From the NCBI GenBank assembly GCA_976226885.1, contig OZ320313.1:94736001-94800000 (forward strand): a stretch of 64,000 bases of DNA, read 5' to 3'. The translations under genes and the position numbers were made by a program. The notes beneath the pieces were generated by a model. It ran no database searches and was not told where the DNA came from. It worked only from the letters and a program-made list of their open reading frames with translations. Position 1 is the stretch's first letter, and every line of letters starts with the position of its first letter. The DNA is from Iphione sp. A-MEVVRFRX5 (lineage: Eukaryota). Below, one piece after another: positions 59,463 through 64,000 of the stretch.

Positions 59463-59786
59463 TGTAATAACAAAGTGTATACCACACCAGTAGGTTCGAT
59501 AGCAGCCTTTATTCTTCACAGCATACAGCATACAGCACAGCAGCAGAGTTCAGCAATGGTGAGTCTGATGAGAGCGTTGCAGCAACTCTTTTATATACTC
59601 ACCTAATGACAAACACTGCATACAAACAGTGCGGGATCTGCAAACAGTCATTAGTTCAAACAATAATTCAAGCGTTTTACAAAGTGTGACATCACAGCAG
59701 CAAGAATCCAGGGTACCTCATAAGATAGAGATGATAAGAGTTAATTTATTCACACATTACTTGACACTGCGAAACATGTTGTTACA
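59463..59786 (-). mobile_element. Second solo LTR, related to 56792-57416, in opposite orientation
   Basis: Minus strand GAGTATATAA..ACGCTCTCATC(A/G)GACT and GAAGAATAAA(A)GGCT..GAACCT(A/G)CTGGTGTGGT shared with the first LTR; TGTAA termini; no clean TSD. Confidence 0.6.
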
Positions 59787-60199
59787 TTGTTTTACCTTGG
59801 GGCAGTTTCTGCCTAGAGCTGATTCTAAGAACACAAGTACTCGACGAAAAATTTTGTTGCATTCTTAAAGTACTTTGCACAAGACTTCACTTCGTCATGT
59901 ATAACTGCACTTTTTCTTTGTTCTTCATCATCAAAGATGACCATGTTCTCTGTTTCCTTTTTCTCATCCTTTGTGAGTTCTCATGTGACTTGTGAGGCCA
60001 ATTCATGCTTGAAATGACCTGTTACAGTGAGAACATTTCATGGAGGGCAGGGTGTCTCTTTGGCTTTGGCAGAATTTCCTAGCAGCTCTCACAGATTGCG
60101 TAGTGGAAATCCTTTTCTTCTCAAAGTCCTCTGCTCTCTTGTGAATAGAGCTCCTCCACTTCATATGATCTGTAGAGCTGGATTCCCAGTTTGATATAT

Positions 60200-60444
60200 T
60201 GTGGCGTGTGTGCGGGGCTGTGCGTGCAGGGTATGAGTGCGGTGGATGTGCGGGTATATGTGTCGTGCGGGGTGTGGCAGGGAATGTGGTTGTGTGCGTG
60301 TGTGTCCCCGCACCTTATGTTATATAAGGAGGTGCTGTGCGGGGAGTCAGTTCAGTTGCTTGCCCATGTTGGTTGAATAAACATCTTTGACTGTTATCCG
60401 GCCTTCCCGCATCATGAGTTTGAGAAGTGGCAGAAGCCGTAACA
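60200..60444 (+). repeat. 5' LTR of the Gypsy element
   Basis: TGTGGCG...CGTAACA, TATATAA near 60321, AATAAA near 60376, followed immediately by the PBS. Confidence 0.8.
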
Positions 60445-60445
60445 T

Positions 60446-60463
60446 TGGTGGCAGCAGTGGGAT
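60446..60463 (+). promoter_or_regulatory. Primer-binding site, tRNA-Leu type
   Basis: TGGTGGCAGCAGTGGGAT is complementary to the 3' end of a eukaryotic tRNA-Leu (..AUCCCACCGCUGCCACCA, recalled) with one mismatch. Confidence 0.7.
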
Positions 60464-60554
60464 CCCTCCAAGTGGTAGCCGGGAGTACGTTGGCACCACG
60501 GAGGAAGAAGAACTGGCGACTTCTCGCGCGGGAGTGAGGGAGGCGGCTAGTAAC

Positions 60555-61793
60555 ATGGATAACCTAGAAGGGGAACGGTCTCCATTGGCTTCGGTTCCCC
60601 GAAGCAGGGCAGCCTCGCACCCCGCACCCAGGAGCGGGGTAGCCCCGCACACACCGGCACCCCAGGGCGGGGCCCCGCACCCTGCACTGGCAAGCGGGGC
60701 CCCGAGCCGGGCGGATCTGGAGCGGAAGGTCCTACGCCGGCCTAGTATTTTCCGACTGGAAGAACAAGGGGAGCCGACCTCAGATAATGAAGACCAAGAG
60801 GAAGAATCCGACCAGGCGAGCAACTCAGGCGATAGCAAAGGGGAGGAGGAGGAGGACCCCCCCCTTCGCGACAACGGCATCGGACGGGCCGATAACAGGG
60901 GGCCGGTCGCCAATGATCTGTTCCAGGGGCTGGCCCAGGCCTTGATGGCTAGTGTCCAGGAAGCAGCGGCGCAACAAGGAGCCTCAAAACGGTATCACAC
61001 CAAGCCAGAACAGTTTGATGGGACCATGCCTTTGATGGATTACATACAGCATTTTGAATGGGTGGCCATGGCAAACCGTTGGAGTGAACGGGAGAAAGCT
61101 CTCCAAATGCGTATCAATCTTCGGAAGTCTGCTAGAGGGATCCTGCAAACAGAGGCATGGGACGAGAATGATCCTCAGGCATACCAGAAGCTGTTGAAGT
61201 TGTTGAAGCGAAGATTCATGTCCAAGGACCAAGCGGGGCTGTTCGAGCAGCAATTGAAGAGTCAGAGGCAGGGCAAAGATGAGGACCTGAACCAGTTTGC
61301 GGAGGAGATGGAGAGATTGGTCCGTCAGGCTTATCCGGAAGTGGAGGGCCCCTGGCTCGATCGTATGTGCCAGGAGTACTTTACCGGTGCCCTCCGGGAC
61401 AAAAGGGTTCGCAAACAAGTCACCTTGAGTAAAGCCACCACGTTCCAAGGGGCTTTATCCCAGGCTTTGCTGGCAGATTCTTTTTACCGCGCCGAAGAGG
61501 AGCGAGGGAGCACTCATCGCGTCTGCGCCGCCACGGAGGTGGAGGAGGAAGTGGACACGGCTGCGGCGGTTACAGCCTCCCGGACCAGTGATGGGGCCAC
61601 ATTGGAGCGGATTGAACAGCTCCTGCAGCAACTACTGAAGCCGGAGCCAGCTGGAGAAGCAAAGAAGTCACGGCCGCGGGGAAGAAAAGGGAAGTGTCAT
61701 TTCTGTGATGAAGTCGGGCACTTTAAAAGGGATTGCGAGAAGTTCAAGACGTACCAGGCAGAAAACGGCGTCCCGCCCGCCCCAGAGAAGTAG
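60555..61793 (+). CDS. Gypsy Gag
   Basis: Open frame; PEQFDG..YIQHFEWVAMANRW capsid-like segment; CHFCDEVGHFKRDC zinc knuckle; ATG at 60555 lies downstream of the PBS. Confidence 0.9.
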   Translation: MDNLEGERSPLASVPRSRAASHPAPRSGVAPHTPAPQGGAPHPALASGAPSRADLERKVLRRPSIFRLEEQGEPTSDNEDQEEESDQASNSGDSKGEEEEDPPLRDNGIGRADNRGPVANDLFQGLAQALMASVQEAAAQQGASKRYHTKPEQFDGTMPLMDYIQHFEWVAMANRWSEREKALQMRINLRKSARGILQTEAWDENDPQAYQKLLKLLKRRFMSKDQAGLFEQQLKSQRQGKDEDLNQFAEEMERLVRQAYPEVEGPWLDRMCQEYFTGALRDKRVRKQVTLSKATTFQGALSQALLADSFYRAEEERGSTHRVCAATEVEEEVDTAAAVTASRTSDGATLERIEQLLQQLLKPEPAGEAKKSRPRGRKGKCHFCDEVGHFKRDCEKFKTYQAENGVPPAPEK

Positions 61794-64000
61794 GGTGGGC
61801 GGGATTGACTGGAGACCGGGAAGAGTGGCCGGAACACCTCGCAGCGTTAGCCTACGACATGGGGCCCCTCTACAAACTACAGGCAAACCGGGACAGTGTC
61901 ACCAAAGGTTGGAGTCTGCCGGCTCGCGTTCAGGGGATTTCCATGAATTGGCTTGTAGATACTGGAGCGTCAGTGACAGTCCTGGCGGAGAGGGTGTACC
62001 GGCAGCTGCAGGAAATTCCCTTGCTTCCTCGCCAGGGGCGTGTGTTGTGCGCAGATGGGAAACCCTTAGAAGTTCAAGGAGAAGTGAAATTAAGCATGGA
62101 ATTCGGCCAAGTCCAACTGCCAGTGAATGCACGGGTGGCCCTCATTGAAGCGGAAGGGCTGTCGGGGCTGGACACCCTGACGAAGTGGGAGGCTACGGTG
62201 TGCACAGGGTCAGGGGAGATTACGGTGCGATTACCTGGTCAGGAAAACCGAGCCGTCTTGAAGAAGTCAGTAGTCGTCGAGGGGCATTGTCGACAAGTCA
62301 TTCCCATTCAACTGAGCGGCCAGGGGCCAGTGGGACAATTCGTGGTCGAGGGGCTTCCAGGCTTCGAAGAAAGGTCGGGGCTACGAGTGGTGTCGACGCT
62401 GTTTGAAGACCAGGAGGAAGAGCTCGGCATACTTGCATGCAACCCCGGGGAGGCAGCCGTGCGCCTGTACCAAGGGACCTGCGTGGGACTGCTGTCCACC
62501 CTGACCAGACCTGAAAAAGGAAAAGAGTTGGGGAGAGTAGAAGCGGAGTTACTTGCAGAAGAACAGGAATCAGCCATCCAATTTCTTCTAGACACTCTGC
62601 CAGATGAAGTCCAAGAAGCGGAACGTGAGCTGCTACGCCAACTATTGTGGAAATATCGGGAGGTAATGCAAACGCCATCAGGACCTCCTGGACGTACCGC
62701 TATGGTTAGCCATCAGATAGAGACGCAAGGCCATGTTCCCATCCGTCAACGGACGTGCCGCCTACCCAGGGATAAGCGACCGCTGGTATAAGCAGAGCTT
62801 AAGAAAATGATTGACAAGGGTGTCCTGGAACCCTCCGTTAGTCCGTGGGCATCCCCAGTAGTGTTAGTATGAAAGAAAGACGGGGGAGTTCGGTTCTGCG
62901 TGGATTATCGTCAGCTAAACAACTGCACCAAGAAGGACGCGTACCCGTTACCCCGAATCGACGATACGCTGGACGCGCTCCAAGGAGCCAGGTATTTCTC
63001 TACCCTGGACCTAGCGAGTGGGTATTGGCAAGTCGAAGTGCACCCGTCGGATCGGGAGAAAACAGCTGTGTGTACAACCGAAGGACTCTACCAATTCAAG
63101 GTCATGCTATTTGGCCTTTGCAATGCGCCTTCAACTTTTGAGAGGTTGATGGAGGCTATTTTGCGAGGCCTGATTGGAGATCGATGCCTGGTCTACCTGG
63201 ACGATGTGATCATCTTGGGATGATCTATAGAAGACAGTTGCGCCAACTTAGCGGAGGTTCTGGAGTGGTTCCAGGAGGCGGGCCTGCGTATCAAACCATC
63301 AAAGTGCCAGCTATGCCAACGACGTGTGCGGTACCTGGGGCATGAAGTGTCCGAAGAGGGGGTGTCGCCGGACCCGGAGAAGACACGGGCTATTTCAGCC
63401 TGGCCAGAGCCGAAATGTGTTGATGAAGTGAGAAGTTTCCTTGCCCTGGCTTCGTACTACAGGAGTTTCGTCAAGAACTTCGCGGATGACGCGTCGCCAC
63501 TGATTCAGTTAACAGAGAAAGGAACTGAGTTCAACTGGGGCCCCCAGTGCGAGGCCGCCTTCCGTTCACTGAAACAGCGCCTCTGTGATGCGCCCATCCT
63601 TGCCTATCCCCGGCCGGAAGGAGCTCTTCGCCTGGACACCGATGCCTCCCTGGTGGGGATAGGAGCGGTCCTTAGCCAAGAGCAGGAGGGGCAAGAGAAG
63701 GTAATCGCCTATGCTAGCCGACAGTTGACCAAGCCAGAGAGAAACTACTGCGTGACAAGGTGTGAACTATTAGCAATAGTGTGGGCACTGAGGAAATTCA
63801 AACACTACCTTGGGGGACAAGAGGTGCTGATTAGGACCGACCATGATTCCTTGAGATAGCTGTGCCGATTTCATGAGCCGGAAGGGCAACTTGCACGCTG
63901 GTTGGAGGAAATATTTTGTTACAACTTCTCCATTGTGCATCGGCCTGGGAAGAAACACAGAAACGCGGATGCCCTGTCTCGAGTAACCTGCAGACAGTGT
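61733..64000 (+). pseudogene. Gypsy Pol (PR-RT-RNase H), -1 frame to gag, with premature stops
   Basis: LVDTGAS protease; [20 protein letters not shown]; DASLVGIGAVL, TDHDSL; stops such as TGA near 62870 and 63220. Confidence 0.92.

Larger units (their letters stand above)
60200..64000 (+). mobile_element. Ty3/Gypsy LTR retrotransposon (5' part; runs off the window)
   Basis: 5' LTR, PBS, gag with CCHC, protease, RT and RNase H in Gypsy order; several nonsense codons in pol. Confidence 0.95.

Noticed and set aside
54060-60199. Searched for the next DAPK1-like ankyrin exon
   Set aside because: No splice-bounded ankyrin-like reading was found; it presumably lies beyond the window.
60347-60913. 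188-aa ORF antisense to gag
   Set aside because: It is a shadow of GC-rich gag coding sequence, Ser/Pro/Gly-rich, with no motif.

Overview
Eukaryotic (invertebrate metazoan) genomic DNA. The window lies inside a DAPK1-like gene on the + strand: two ankyrin-region exons (15329-15448 and 53961-54059) are separated by a 38.5-kb phase-0 intron made mostly of nested transposable elements. These are at least seven CR1/L2-group LINE copies or fragments, an RTEX-like 3' fragment, CACTA-like and hAT-like MITEs, a Penelope-type hammerhead mini-insert, a 126-bp satellite with higher-order structure and a foldback element. Beyond the second exon are solo LTRs and a Gypsy element that runs off the right edge. 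The most notable system is a three-ORF LINE architecture seen in three copies from two lineages (A 18210-26053, B ~26620-33427, C 36412-50228). It consists of ORF1 (coiled coil + RRM) fused to a C-terminal NADAR/YbiA-like domain, then a separate SGNH-esterase-like ORF lacking the catalytic His, then APE-RT ORF2. In copies A and C the two upstream ORFs are bracketed by a conserved 16-bp inverted repeat whose only mismatches are G-U compatible in the sense RNA. All domain calls are by eye from remembered motifs; no searches were run.
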